From NCBI GenBank assembly GCA_024231025.1, contig JAAEQW010000256.1, positions 66,954 to 130,953 on the forward strand: DNA of 64,000 nt. Direction: 5' to 3'. This document shows, in pieces, positions 10,581 through 21,200 of this stretch (position 1 is the first letter of the stretch; every line of letters starts with the position of its first letter). This stretch comes from Candidatus Omnitrophota bacterium (GTDB lineage Bacteria; Omnitrophota; Gorgyraeia; Duberdicusellales; 4484-171). The translations under genes and the position numbers were made by a program. The notes under the pieces were generated by a model, which did not search any database, was not told where the DNA came from, and was given only the letters and a program-made list of their open reading frames with translations.

Positions 10581-12023
10581 ATGGAAAAAGAAAGAAACGA
10601 CTGGATAAAGTCAAGTTATCTGCTTAGGATGTTTAATCTTTCCTTCGCGGTTTTTACAATGCTTCCGATGCTTGTGTTTCTGTATCTTTTTTCTAAATAT
10701 AATGGTAGTGATGCGATTGCGATCAGCAAGAGCCACTTATCTTCGTTGGTTAGCATTATCGCGGTGGCTTCTCTTTTGCTATTTGTGTTGCTGGGAAAAT
10801 TACTAAGAAAAATAACCATTCTTACCTATGGAATGAGAAAGGCTCTGTTCGGCAAGATAGACACTGACGTTATTTCTAAATTAGCAAAAGAAGATGGCGA
10901 AGTAGCTCAGTTGGCGCAAAGTTTTGAAGATATTATGATGCGTCTTGAAGACAACATAAAAGATCTTCAGGAAACCAAAAAAACACTTCACGACGTTCTT
11001 TCAAAAGTAGGCAAAGCGTTAACCTCAATGGAGAACTTTGATCTTTTGATTAATCTTATTTTAGAAACCGCAATTGATGCTCTGGGCTCTGTAAAGGGAG
11101 CTATTTTTTCTTTAGAAGGTGGCAAAGATTTTAAGCTAAAAGCTGCTGTAGGGTTGGATAGTATCTCTCAAAGAGAAATGCTTGAGAACGTAAAACCCTT
11201 AATGGACGAAACCATTCGTGGTCAGGAGAGCATAATTGATTCTGAGGCCGGGTCTTGCGGTCAGCAGTTGTTTCCACGGCCGCTGGTGTCTACGCCATTA
11301 GTTTGCCATCAAAAAACACAAGGGGTGATTATTCTAAGCGGTAAAAAGAAGGAAGGCAACTTCACCGAAGATGAGCTAACCATGTTAGCTAATCTAAGTT
11401 ATCAAGTTGCAATATCTTTTGAGAATGCCGCACTTAGCAAAGATGTTGAAAAAACGTATTTTGAAACAATGGCCGCATTAGCCTTAGCGGTTGAGGCAAA
11501 AGACTCTTATTCGCGAGGGCACTCTGAAAGAGTTGGCGATTATGCCGTAAAGATAGCACAAGAGCTCACAATGAAGGAAAAAGAAATTACAACTTTAAAA
11601 GATGCTTCTCGGCTCCATGATATTGGAAAAATTGGCATTGCTGATAAGATTCTCAATAAGAATGATGCGCTGTCTTCTGAGGAAAAAGATATCATGAGAA
11701 AACATTCTCTAATAGGAGAAAGCATTGTTTATCCGCTTAAGACATTTTCTCATTTGTTAGAGCCAATACGCCATCATCACGAATTTCTAGATGGTACTGG
11801 TTACCCTGACGGGGTATCCGGTGATAAGTTGCCTTTGGTGACTAGGGTTTTAACTGTTGCAGATATCTTTGATGCACTGTCAAGCGATCGCGTATATCGA
11901 AAGGCTTTGGGTATAAATAAAATTGTAGACGAACTTAAAGAAATGGTAGCTCAGGGCAAGCTTGACGGTAAAGTAGTGGACGCGCTTGCTAAAGTAGTGG
12001 GCGATAAGAAAATAAAATTGTAG
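10581..12023 (+). CDS. Membrane HAMP-GAF-HD-GYP protein, putative cyclic-dinucleotide phosphodiesterase
   Basis: Two TM helices; EAKDSYSRGHSERV, LHDIGKIG, HHHEFLDGTGYPDG, VADIFDAL. Confidence 0.9.
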   Translation: MEKERNDWIKSSYLLRMFNLSFAVFTMLPMLVFLYLFSKYNGSDAIAISKSHLSSLVSIIAVASLLLFVLLGKLLRKITILTYGMRKALFGKIDTDVISKLAKEDGEVAQLAQSFEDIMMRLEDNIKDLQETKKTLHDVLSKVGKALTSMENFDLLINLILETAIDALGSVKGAIFSLEGGKDFKLKAAVGLDSISQREMLENVKPLMDETIRGQESIIDSEAGSCGQQLFPRPLVSTPLVCHQKTQGVIILSGKKKEGNFTEDELTMLANLSYQVAISFENAALSKDVEKTYFETMAALALAVEAKDSYSRGHSERVGDYAVKIAQELTMKEKEITTLKDASRLHDIGKIGIADKILNKNDALSSEEKDIMRKHSLIGESIVYPLKTFSHLLEPIRHHHEFLDGTGYPDGVSGDKLPLVTRVLTVADIFDALSSDRVYRKALGINKIVDELKEMVAQGKLDGKVVDALAKVVGDKKIKL

Positions 12024-12059
12024 TTTTTAAAGGAATGTTCTAAAAAGCAGAGGTAAAAT

Positions 12060-12533
12060 ATGAAGCATACAATACAAGCATTAGTAGAAAATAAGTTTGG
12101 TGTTTTAGCAAGGATTGCGTCTTTATTTAGTGCCCGTGGTTATAATATTGAATCATTAGCCGTTGGTCAAACGCATGATGAGCTAGTTTCGTGCATGACA
12201 ATTGTTGTTGATGCTTCTGACGAAAGGGTTTTGGACCAAATAAAAAAACAGCTCAACAAGCTCATTGATGTTATTACCGTTACCGATTTTACCCGTCGTG
12301 AATATATTGATCGCGATCTGATGTTGATCAAAGTGTTTAAAAGAGGTAATGGCAAAAAATCAGTGGATAAAATTGTTAAAAAATTTCCGGCAAGGATTGC
12401 CGAGGAGAAAAAAACTTATTATCTTTTAGAAATTTGCGCTCAGCGCCATCAAGAAGATGAAATTTTAAAAGAATTAAAAAAAGCAGGAATAAAAGAATTA
12501 GTTCGCACAGGAAGAATAGCAATCGCTAAATAA
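12060..12533 (+). CDS. ilvN: Acetolactate synthase small subunit
   Basis: [28 protein letters not shown] domain; ELVRTG. Confidence 0.95.
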   Translation: MKHTIQALVENKFGVLARIASLFSARGYNIESLAVGQTHDELVSCMTIVVDASDERVLDQIKKQLNKLIDVITVTDFTRREYIDRDLMLIKVFKRGNGKKSVDKIVKKFPARIAEEKKTYYLLEICAQRHQEDEILKELKKAGIKELVRTGRIAIAK

Positions 12534-12547
12534 AAGAGGAGGACGCG

Positions 12548-13537
12548 ATGACAAAAGTTTATTATTGTAAAGATGTTACAACCGACGTTTTAAAAGGTAA
12601 GACTGTTGCGATTGTTGGGTATGGCGCTCAAGGAAGGGCGCATGCACTTAATCTGCGAGATTCCAAAGTCAAAGTTGTAATCGCGGAGCTTGAAAAATCA
12701 GTTAATTATAAGCAAGCCGTAAAAGACGGCTTTAAGCCAATGAGTGCTTTTGCTGCGGCTAAGGCGGCTGATGTAATTCATATCTTAACCGAGGATCTAG
12801 TTCAGGCGAAAGTTTATAAAAATGAAATCGAACCTAATTTAAAAAAAGGAAAGGCAATTGGCTTTTCTCATGGATTTAATATTCATTTTCATCAAATAGT
12901 TCCGCCACCGTTTGTTGATGTTTATATGGTTGCCCCAAAAGGGCCAGGAACTTTGGTTCGCGATATGTATGAACAGAAAAAAGGCGTTCCTTGTCTTATT
13001 GCGGTTTATCAGGATGCAAGCAACAAGGCAAAAAAATTAGCCCTAAGTTATGCTAAAGCAATCGGCGGAACAAAAGCCGGCGTTTTAGAAACAACTTTTA
13101 AGGAAGAGACTGAAACCGATCTTTTTGGTGAACAAGTTGTTTTGTGCGGAGGTGTAAGCAAATTGGTTCAGCGTGGTTTTGAAACTTTAGTTGAAGCCGG
13201 ATACCAACCAGAAATTGCTTATTTTGAGTGTTTGCATGAATTAAAATTGATTACCGATTTAATTTACGCAAAAGGTATTTCCGGTATGCGTTATGTTGTT
13301 TCTGATACCGCTGAATATGGCGATTTTTCGCGTGGTAAGCGGATTGTTAATGACGACACTAAAAAAGAAATGAAGAAAATTCTTGGTGAAATTCAGTCAG
13401 GTGAATTTGCCCGGGAATGGATTTTAGAAAATCAAGCCGGCATGCCGGTTCTTAAAGCTGCTCGAAAAGAAGAGGGCGAACATATTATTGAAAAAGTTGG
13501 AGCAAAACTAAGAAAAATGATGTCTTGGATCAAGTAG
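12548..13537 (+). CDS. ilvC: Ketol-acid reductoisomerase
   Basis: [38 protein letters not shown]. Confidence 0.97.
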   Translation: MTKVYYCKDVTTDVLKGKTVAIVGYGAQGRAHALNLRDSKVKVVIAELEKSVNYKQAVKDGFKPMSAFAAAKAADVIHILTEDLVQAKVYKNEIEPNLKKGKAIGFSHGFNIHFHQIVPPPFVDVYMVAPKGPGTLVRDMYEQKKGVPCLIAVYQDASNKAKKLALSYAKAIGGTKAGVLETTFKEETETDLFGEQVVLCGGVSKLVQRGFETLVEAGYQPEIAYFECLHELKLITDLIYAKGISGMRYVVSDTAEYGDFSRGKRIVNDDTKKEMKKILGEIQSGEFAREWILENQAGMPVLKAARKEEGEHIIEKVGAKLRKMMSWIK

Positions 13538-13538
13538 C

Positions 13539-13606
13539 CACGTGATGCGCAACAGGCGCAAACGTGACAAGTTCACGTGATGCGCAACAGGCGCAAACGT
13601 GACAAG
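13539..13606. repeat. Two tandem 35-bp hairpin units
   Basis: CACGTGATGCGCAACAGGCGCAAACGTGACAAG at 13539 and 13574. Confidence 0.9.
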
Positions 13607-13619
13607 GAGTTTTTAGAAA

Positions 13620-15128
13620 GTGAAAAAAGAAAAATTAATTGTTTTTGATACTACTTTGCGTGATGGCGAACAAGCTCCCGGGGCTTCGATGACATCTGAG
13701 CAAAAACTCGAAGTGGCTTTTCAGCTTGATAAGCTTGGAGTGGATTTTATTGAAGCAGGATTCCCTATTGCTAGCCCTGACGACTTTAAAGCAGTGAGCA
13801 TGGTTTCCTCCAGTATGAAGCGTTCAGGGGTGTGCGGTTTGGCAAGATGCCTAAAACCAGACATTGAAGCTGCGAGCAAAGCTTTAAAAAAAGCAAAGCA
13901 TCCGCGTATTCACATATTTCTTGCGACTTCTAAAATTCACCTTGAGCATAAATTCAGAAAAGTCGAAGACGAAATAGTTGCGCTCGCTAAGAAGGCAACC
14001 ACACTTACGAGAAATCTTTGTGATGATGTTGAATTCTCTCCTGAGGATGCAACCCGAACTAATCGGGATTTTTTGTTTAGAGTTATTGAAACTGCAATTG
14101 CTCATGGAGCGCGAACAATAAATATCCCAGATACTGTGGGTTATACTTATCCGGGCGAGATGCATTCTTTGATCGAAGACATTTTCAACAATGTCCCCAA
14201 TATTAACAAGGCAGTTATCGCGGTGCATTGCCATGATGACTTAGGAATGGCGGTTGCTAATTCGCTTTCGGCGGTATTGGCTGGAGCACGTCAGGTGCAT
14301 TGCACAATTAATGGTATTGGGGAACGTGCCGGAAATGCTTCTCTTGAAGAAACAATTATGGCAGTTAAAACGCGCAAAGATGTTTTTGGCCATCTTGTTA
14401 CGTCAATTAATACGAAAGAAATTTATCGGGCGTCACGATTGGTTAGTAACCTAACTGGTTTTGTTGTGCCACCGAACAAAGCAATTGTGGGAAGAAATGC
14501 TTTTCGTCATGAATCAGGTATTCATCAAGACGCAGTAATTAAAAAAAGAACTACTTATGAGATTATGAATCCTAAAGATGTTGGGATTGGTGCAAGTGAA
14601 CTTGTTTTAGGAAAGCATTCCGGGCGCCATGCTTTAATAAAAAGGCTTAAAGAACTTGGAGTAAAACTTGATGGTGATCGAGTTGCAGTAATTTTTACAA
14701 AATTTAAAGAACTTGCCGACAAGAAAAAGGAAGTTTTCGATGATGATTTACTTGCCTTGGTTGATCAGGAAACAAAACCCAAGAAAGAGGCGTATGCTCT
14801 TTTAACTTTGCGAGTCAATACCGGAACTGATATTGTTCCCCAAGCAATGGTTAAGCTTAAGGTTAAGCGTAAAACAATTGAAGCAACATCTTCCGGAGAC
14901 GGTCCGGTGGACGCTTGTTATAAAGCAATTGATAAGATTACAAAAATAAAAGTCAAACTTATCAATTACGAGTTAGAATCAATCACCAAAGGTAAAGACG
15001 CCCAGGGAATGGTTAAGGTAGAGTTAGAAGTGCGAAAGAAAGTTTTTTCAGGCAAAGGGGCAAGCACAGATATCCTCGAAGCTTCAGTAAGAGCTTATCT
15101 AGATGCCCTTAACAAAATAACAGCTTAA
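13620..15128 (+). CDS. leuA: 2-isopropylmalate synthase
   Basis: DTTLRDGEQ, HCHDDLG, NGIGERAGN, HESGIHQD, LGKHSGRH. Confidence 0.95.
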   Translation: MKKEKLIVFDTTLRDGEQAPGASMTSEQKLEVAFQLDKLGVDFIEAGFPIASPDDFKAVSMVSSSMKRSGVCGLARCLKPDIEAASKALKKAKHPRIHIFLATSKIHLEHKFRKVEDEIVALAKKATTLTRNLCDDVEFSPEDATRTNRDFLFRVIETAIAHGARTINIPDTVGYTYPGEMHSLIEDIFNNVPNINKAVIAVHCHDDLGMAVANSLSAVLAGARQVHCTINGIGERAGNASLEETIMAVKTRKDVFGHLVTSINTKEIYRASRLVSNLTGFVVPPNKAIVGRNAFRHESGIHQDAVIKKRTTYEIMNPKDVGIGASELVLGKHSGRHALIKRLKELGVKLDGDRVAVIFTKFKELADKKKEVFDDDLLALVDQETKPKKEAYALLTLRVNTGTDIVPQAMVKLKVKRKTIEATSSGDGPVDACYKAIDKITKIKVKLINYELESITKGKDAQGMVKVELEVRKKVFSGKGASTDILEASVRAYLDALNKITA

Positions 15129-16048
15129 TGAAAATTTATGGCTTGATCGGATACCCCGTTAGACACAGCCTTTCGCCGGCAATGCATAATGCGGCCTTTG
15201 CTGCAGCCAAAATTGATGCGCAATACCGTTTATTTGCAATAAGACCAATTGAATTAAAGAAATTTCTTCTCGAAGGCGGCACTTCAATAGTTGATGCGAA
15301 TGATCAAATTGTTAACGCGAATGATATTTTGGGTTTTAATGTTACTATTCCGCATAAAATAGCTACTAAGGAAATTTTAGATAAAGCATATCCGGATTAT
15401 TACAAAGCTCGTTCGATAAGAAATAGTTGGTTTGTGCAAATTTGTGGTGCAGTTAACACAGTCATAAAGAGAGACACTGCAAAATATGGTCCGGTATTAG
15501 AGTATCACAATACTGATGGTTTGGGTTTTTGTCAGTCGTTGAAAGAGGATTTACAATTTAACCCTAAAGGGAAGAAGGTTCTCCTTCTTGGTTGTGGTGG
15601 AGCGGGGCGGTCTGTTGTTGGTGGCTTAACCTGGTCCGATGAAAGTGTGGATAAAATTTACATTTACGAAGAGGACGAGATGACCATGCGTATAATCGAT
15701 GATCATTTTAAAGCTATCGAAGATAAGTTTGAGGTTATTTCCAAAAAACTAATACCGGAGGTTATCGGAGATTGTTCCCTTTTGGTTAACGCAACGCCTC
15801 TTGGCATGAGAGATGGAGACCCTTCACCAATTGATAAAGAGTTACTTTTCAGTAATCTAGCGGTTTATGATGTAGTTTATAACCGTCAAACCCAACTTGT
15901 GATTGATGCTAATAACAAAGGGTGTCGAGCCGTAACGGGGCTAGGCATGCTTTTGCACCAAGGGGTTAAAGCTTGGGAGCTTTGGACGGGCATTGAGGCG
16001 CCGATTGATGTGATGCGTCAATCCTTGAAAATAGCAATGGAGGAGTAA
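15128..16048 (+). CDS. aroE: Shikimate dehydrogenase
   Basis: HSLSPAMHN, NVTIPHK, GAVNT, NTDG, GCGGAG. Confidence 0.93.
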   Translation: MKIYGLIGYPVRHSLSPAMHNAAFAAAKIDAQYRLFAIRPIELKKFLLEGGTSIVDANDQIVNANDILGFNVTIPHKIATKEILDKAYPDYYKARSIRNSWFVQICGAVNTVIKRDTAKYGPVLEYHNTDGLGFCQSLKEDLQFNPKGKKVLLLGCGGAGRSVVGGLTWSDESVDKIYIYEEDEMTMRIIDDHFKAIEDKFEVISKKLIPEVIGDCSLLVNATPLGMRDGDPSPIDKELLFSNLAVYDVVYNRQTQLVIDANNKGCRAVTGLGMLLHQGVKAWELWTGIEAPIDVMRQSLKIAMEE

Positions 16049-16866
16049 TGGAATTATTCATGATTTTTATTATTGGGTTGTGTTTTGGGAGTTTCTTGAA
16101 TGTATGCATTTATCGTTTGCCAAAAGAGCAGTCGATTGTAAAGCCTGGTTCGTTTTGTCCGAAGTGTAATACGCCAATAAAGTGGTATGACAACATTCCT
16201 TTGCTTGGCTATATAGCCTTAAGGGGGCAATGCCGCAGCTGTAAAGACAAAATATCGTTTCGTTATCCTTTTGTTGAACTTTTGACTGGACTTTTATTTT
16301 TGATTCTTTTTATGAAATTCAATTTAACCGCTGATTTCTATAAGTATGCTTTTTTCTTTTCTTTATTAATTGCTGTGTCGGTTATAGATATAGACTATCA
16401 TGCGATACCGGTATATTTTTGTTTTATTGGAATTGTTATCGGGTTGATGTTTAGCGTTTGGGAGACTGCTAAATTCTTGCGATTTGGCGTAACTGATTAT
16501 GCAATTTTGCCCATCGTTGAATCCTTTAAGGGAGTTGTTTTTGGTTTTGGCTTTGCGTATCTTTTTAAGTTTTTTGGAGATATACTTGTAAGTTTTTATC
16601 TTCAATTTCGCAAGCAGGAATCAATTGAAGGAGAAACTGAATCTTTAGGATTAGGTGATGTGGATTTTTTAGGGATGGTTGGTGTTTTTTTAGGGCTTAA
16701 GGGAGCGGTGCTGGTATTTTTTATCGCGCCTTTTATTGCTGTGATTTATGCCGTGTTTGCGATTACTTTTAAGAAGTCGCATCTTATTCCATATCTACCG
16801 TATTTGTCCTTAGCCACACTAGTTACATTTTTTTGGGGCAATGACATATTGAAACTAATATTTTAG
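16048..16866 (+). CDS. pilD: Prepilin peptidase (A24, PilD-type)
   Basis: GSFLNVCIYRLP, two CxxC pairs, IDIDY and GLGD aspartate motifs. Confidence 0.9.
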   Translation: MELFMIFIIGLCFGSFLNVCIYRLPKEQSIVKPGSFCPKCNTPIKWYDNIPLLGYIALRGQCRSCKDKISFRYPFVELLTGLLFLILFMKFNLTADFYKYAFFFSLLIAVSVIDIDYHAIPVYFCFIGIVIGLMFSVWETAKFLRFGVTDYAILPIVESFKGVVFGFGFAYLFKFFGDILVSFYLQFRKQESIEGETESLGLGDVDFLGMVGVFLGLKGAVLVFFIAPFIAVIYAVFAITFKKSHLIPYLPYLSLATLVTFFWGNDILKLIF

Positions 16867-16878
16867 TTAGGAGGCACA

Positions 16879-17994
16879 ATGCGTATATTAACTGCTGGTG
16901 AGTCACATGGCGAGTACGTATCGACAATAATAGAAGGTTTTCCTAAAGGCGTTCGCCTTGAGGGTGGCCTTATTGACCAGGAGTTAAAAAAGAGAATGTC
17001 TGGTGCTGGAAGGGGCCAGCGGATGAGCATTGAGTCAGACAAAGTTAGCATTGTTTCGGGGCTTCGCAATAAGATAACTTTAGGTAGTCCGATAACAATG
17101 TTGGTTAAAAATAAAGATGCACATATTTTTTCTCAAAAAAGCGATAAGCTTACTTGCCTTTCGGTGCCTCGTCCAGCGCATGCTGATCTGGCCGGAGCGC
17201 TTAAATATGGCGAAAAAGATATTCGAAATATTTTAGAACGTGCATCAGCCCGAGAGACTGTCGCTCGGGTGTGTGCCGGTGCGGCTTGTAGGCAGTTTCT
17301 TTCTAGCTTTGGTGTGAAAATCGCAGGTTTTACCATGAGTGTTGGCAGCATTGAATCAAGTAAAAAACCAAAAAGCATAAATGAGATCATAATAAAAACT
17401 AAGAAATCAAAGGTAAACTCTATTGATAAAGAAAAATTGATGCTTGGTGAAATTGCAAATGCTGACAAAAATAAAGACAGCTTAGGTGGAATAATTGAAA
17501 TTTGGATAGATGGCCTGTGCCCTGGATTAGGCAGCGTTATGCATTTTGATCAGCGCTTAGATGGGCAATTAGCCCAAAGCCTTATGAGTATTCCGGCGAT
17601 AAAAGGTGTCGAAGTTGGGTTAGGTTTTGAGTACGGTAAAAGAACAGGATCAACTTCCCATGACGAAATCTACTATAACGGTAAGTTTAGTCATAAAACT
17701 AATAATTCTGGTGGCATCGAAGGCGGTATCTCAAATGGTGAACCGATCGTTTTGCGAATTGCGATGAAGCCGATTGCTACAATTCGCAAACCCTTGCTTT
17801 CAGTAAACCTTTCTTCAAAGAAAAAAGCAAAAGCTGCCGTGATACGTTCCGACGTTTGCGCTTTAACTGCGTGTGCGGTTATTGCTGAAGGGATGTCGGC
17901 GACGGTAATTATGCAAGCTTTTTTAAACAAGTTTGGAGAAGATAGCCTTAAGGAAATCAAGACTAACTACAAAAATTATATCAAAACCCTTTGA
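16879..17994 (+). CDS. aroC: Chorismate synthase
   Basis: TAGESHG, PRPAHAD, ERASARET, GGIEGGISNG, MKPI. Confidence 0.96.
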   Translation: MRILTAGESHGEYVSTIIEGFPKGVRLEGGLIDQELKKRMSGAGRGQRMSIESDKVSIVSGLRNKITLGSPITMLVKNKDAHIFSQKSDKLTCLSVPRPAHADLAGALKYGEKDIRNILERASARETVARVCAGAACRQFLSSFGVKIAGFTMSVGSIESSKKPKSINEIIIKTKKSKVNSIDKEKLMLGEIANADKNKDSLGGIIEIWIDGLCPGLGSVMHFDQRLDGQLAQSLMSIPAIKGVEVGLGFEYGKRTGSTSHDEIYYNGKFSHKTNNSGGIEGGISNGEPIVLRIAMKPIATIRKPLLSVNLSSKKKAKAAVIRSDVCALTACAVIAEGMSATVIMQAFLNKFGEDSLKEIKTNYKNYIKTL

Positions 17995-18008
17995 GGCTTA
18001 AGTGACTC

Positions 18009-19247
18009 ATGAGCTTCGCACGCACGAAAAACTACCTCAACACTTTTGTTAATTATGAAAAAAATATTAACTTTTCTTACCAGAATGACCTCAACCTTAA
18101 TCGCGTAAAGAAGCTATTAAAAAATCTCAAGATACCATATCAAAAATTAAATGTAATCCATATTGCCGGAACAAAGGGCAAGGGTTCAACTGCTCATTTT
18201 TGCGCTAGCATCCTTAAAAAATCGGGATATAAAGTTGGCCTCTATACTTCTCCGCATTTTTTTGATGTTCGTGAAAGAATCAAAGTTTCCGATAAAGATA
18301 TTTCGCGTAAAGATTTTAGTCAAATCATAAATTGGATTAGGCGCAAGCGTTGCGATGATTGTTCATTTTTTGAGATTATAACAATCGCAGCTTTCAAATA
18401 TTTTATTGATAAAAAAGTTGATTTTGTTGTTTTAGAAACTGGCATGGGGGGCCGCCTTGACGCGACAAATGTTTCGTCGGCGGGAATTTCTATTATTACT
18501 CGTATCGGCTATGACCATACCGATAAATTAGGTACAACGCTTTTTAGCATTGCTAAAGAAAAGGCAGGAATCATCAAAAGAAAGGTGCCGGTTATAAGCG
18601 CCAAGCAACCTGCGTCTGCTGCGTTGGCGATAAAGAACCAATGCAATAAATTGAGTTCAAGGCTTTATTCGTTTGGCAGGGAAATTAAGGTAATTGACGG
18701 TAAAGATTTTTATTTTCAAAATAAATGTATAAAAAATTTAAAAACAAAATTGTTAGGCGATCATCAAATTGAAAATGCATCTCTTGCGATTGCGGCTCTT
18801 GTAAATTTAGAGCAAAGAGGAATTATTAAAAAACCGCTGATGGTTAAACCTGGGGTTAAGAGTGCCTTTTTGCCCGGACGTTTTGAGGTAGTAAAAAGAA
18901 AACCTTTAACTATTTTGGATATCGCCCATAATTCAACGGCGTTTGCTGTTTTACAAAACACTTTGGAGAAGCATTTTGCGAATAAAAAAATCATTTTGAT
19001 ATTTGCGGCCTCGTCTGATAAAAATATAAAAGGAATGCTTAAAAAAATACATTATTCCAAGCTTATATTGACGCAATTTGAGAATTCTCGCTGTTTTAAT
19101 CCGTCAAAAATAAAAGCTGATTTTATAAGTGATAATGTAGCCGTAGCATATTGCCAGGCGCGTAAGCTCTACACCAAAGATTCACTAATTCTAATTGCGG
19201 GTTCAATTTTTTTAGTGGCACAAGCCAAAAAAATGCTGAAACTTTGA
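18009..19247 (+). CDS. folC: Folylpolyglutamate/dihydrofolate synthase
   Basis: HIAGTKGKGST, YTSPH, ETGMGGRLDATN, DIAHN. Confidence 0.95.
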   Translation: MSFARTKNYLNTFVNYEKNINFSYQNDLNLNRVKKLLKNLKIPYQKLNVIHIAGTKGKGSTAHFCASILKKSGYKVGLYTSPHFFDVRERIKVSDKDISRKDFSQIINWIRRKRCDDCSFFEIITIAAFKYFIDKKVDFVVLETGMGGRLDATNVSSAGISIITRIGYDHTDKLGTTLFSIAKEKAGIIKRKVPVISAKQPASAALAIKNQCNKLSSRLYSFGREIKVIDGKDFYFQNKCIKNLKTKLLGDHQIENASLAIAALVNLEQRGIIKKPLMVKPGVKSAFLPGRFEVVKRKPLTILDIAHNSTAFAVLQNTLEKHFANKKIILIFAASSDKNIKGMLKKIHYSKLILTQFENSRCFNPSKIKADFISDNVAVAYCQARKLYTKDSLILIAGSIFLVAQAKKMLKL

Positions 19248-19289
19248 AAAGCTGGACTTTTTATTGATTTCTAATAAAATACCTTTTCT

Positions 19290-20660
19290 ATGAGGAGTTT
19301 TAAATTAAAAGATTACATTTTACGCGACACCATCGCTGCCGTCTCTACGTTTCCTTCTAAGTCTGCTTTAGGGGTAATTAAAATTTCCGGCAAACGCGCC
19401 TTAACCATTGCTAATAAAATATTTACGCCTAAGCACAAAAAAGATTTAAAAAAGGTTAAAAATTTCACAATTCATTATGGTTGGATAAAAGACATTGATG
19501 AAGTTTTAGTTAGCGTTATGCGTGGCCCGCATTCTTATACTACTGAAAATGTAATTGAGATATCTTCTCATGGCGGCGCAGTTGTTTTAAATAAAATTTT
19601 ACAAACCGTGTTAGATTGTGGTGCTCGTCTTGCTCTTGTCGGAGAGTTTACTTATCGGGCTCTTGTTTACGGCAGAATCGATCTTTTTCAAGCTCAAAGC
19701 ATTTGCAATATTGTTGAAGCGAGAAGCTCAGAGGGCTTAAAGCTTGCTCAGGCTCAATTACGCGGAGAGAGTTCGCAAACGATAAGCAAATTAAAAGAAG
19801 AAGTAAAAGATTTGTTTACTCAATTCGAAGCGTATATTAATTTTCCTGAGGATCAAATAAGCTTTTCTAAAAGCTTAATCAGAAAAAGATTAAAAAAAGC
19901 ATTTAATAAGATAGATCATATTTTAGATGGAAGTAAAGAGGCGAAGGTGTTGACTGAGGGGCTGCGTTGTGTGATTTGCGGCAGAGCCAACGTTGGTAAA
20001 TCTACTCTTTTTAATCGCTTGCTTAAGCAAGAGCGCGTGATTGTTAGCCATATTTCAGGAACAACTCGCGATGTAGTTGAAGAAACAATAAGTATAAAAG
20101 GGGTGCCCTTAAAAATTTACGATACTGCTGGTATTTTTGAGGGGAAAGATCTGATTACTAAGCGGGCGATTGAACATTCTCATCGGGCTTTTGATGAGGC
20201 AGACTTAATTATTCTGCTTTTAGATGGGTCAAAGCCATTAAGCAAAGACGATAACCTTTTGCTTAAGAAGATAGATGGGCGCAATGTGATAATTTGTATA
20301 AATAAAAGTGATTTAAAACAGAAAATAAACCTTAAAGCGATTAAAGGAAGAAAAGTTCGCCTAAGTGCTTTAAGGAATAAAGGAATCAAAGATTTAGAAG
20401 AAGCAGTTCATAAAGCAGTTTATAAAGACGGAATAAGTAGGCAAGACATGATTTTTTTGAGTCAACATCAGAGCAAAATGCTAAAAGAGGCAAAAAGTCA
20501 TATTTCTCAAGCCTGTGATTTTTTTGATCAAGGATACACGGTTGATTTTACCGCAACAGCATTAAAAAATTGCCTAGATTCCCTAGGTGCCCTAAGTGGC
20601 GATGTCTTATCGCAAGACATATTAAAAAGTATTTTCAGTAATTTCTGCATCGGCAAATAA
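19290..20660 (+). CDS. mnmE: tRNA modification GTPase
   Basis: GRANVGKS, GTTRD, DTAG, NKSD, C-terminal FCIGK. Confidence 0.97.
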   Translation: MRSFKLKDYILRDTIAAVSTFPSKSALGVIKISGKRALTIANKIFTPKHKKDLKKVKNFTIHYGWIKDIDEVLVSVMRGPHSYTTENVIEISSHGGAVVLNKILQTVLDCGARLALVGEFTYRALVYGRIDLFQAQSICNIVEARSSEGLKLAQAQLRGESSQTISKLKEEVKDLFTQFEAYINFPEDQISFSKSLIRKRLKKAFNKIDHILDGSKEAKVLTEGLRCVICGRANVGKSTLFNRLLKQERVIVSHISGTTRDVVEETISIKGVPLKIYDTAGIFEGKDLITKRAIEHSHRAFDEADLIILLLDGSKPLSKDDNLLLKKIDGRNVIICINKSDLKQKINLKAIKGRKVRLSALRNKGIKDLEEAVHKAVYKDGISRQDMIFLSQHQSKMLKEAKSHISQACDFFDQGYTVDFTATALKNCLDSLGALSGDVLSQDILKSIFSNFCIGK

Positions 20661-20661
20661 A

Positions 20662-20746
20662 AACCCGTGTACACCGCGTAGGTGTACACGGGTTAAGGCT
20701 TTAAACAAAGGGAATAAAATGTACACCGCGTAGGTGTACACGGGTT
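20662..20746. repeat. REP doublet (TGTACACC-GCGTA-GGTGTACA), left of RAYT unit 2
   Basis: Palindromes at 20662-20694 and 20720-20746. Confidence 0.9.
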
Positions 20747-20807
20747 TTAGAGAGGAAATAGGTAAAAATTTAGTGTATAATAAAAGAATAAACAGGGCTA
20801 ATTACAG

Positions 20808-21155
20808 ATGAAAAATACTATTCTAATAATTTTTGTTGTTATGTGCGTGGGTTGCCAGGGAGTTATGAGTGATTTTAGGCAAGATTTTTCTTCTGCATTT
20901 TTTTCTCCACAAGATCCTAAAGCTATCGTAAGCGTTAAAGAAGCGAAAAAGATTGCCCTAGCTGCTTTTTGCAAAGATCCGGATAGGCATTTGTTTCGTT
21001 CATGGTGGCCAAATGTTAGTCAAACTGATGATTTTTGGATTGTAACGTATATACCCAAAGGAATTAATATTTTTGACACTAGATCGTTTAACGTTTATGT
21101 TGATAAGGTAACCGGTGTGGTTGATTCCAGTGGTCCTCGGCGACTTAAATATTAG
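20808..21155 (+). CDS. Small putative lipoprotein, cargo of the RAYT unit
   Basis: Signal peptide ending CVG-C; short alpha/beta body; no recognised family. Confidence 0.65.
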   Translation: MKNTILIIFVVMCVGCQGVMSDFRQDFSSAFFSPQDPKAIVSVKEAKKIALAAFCKDPDRHLFRSWWPNVSQTDDFWIVTYIPKGINIFDTRSFNVYVDKVTGVVDSSGPRRLKY

Positions 21156-21200
21156 CTGGATGCGCTGAGAGCTTTGAATAGTAGAAAAAAAGGAGAAATT

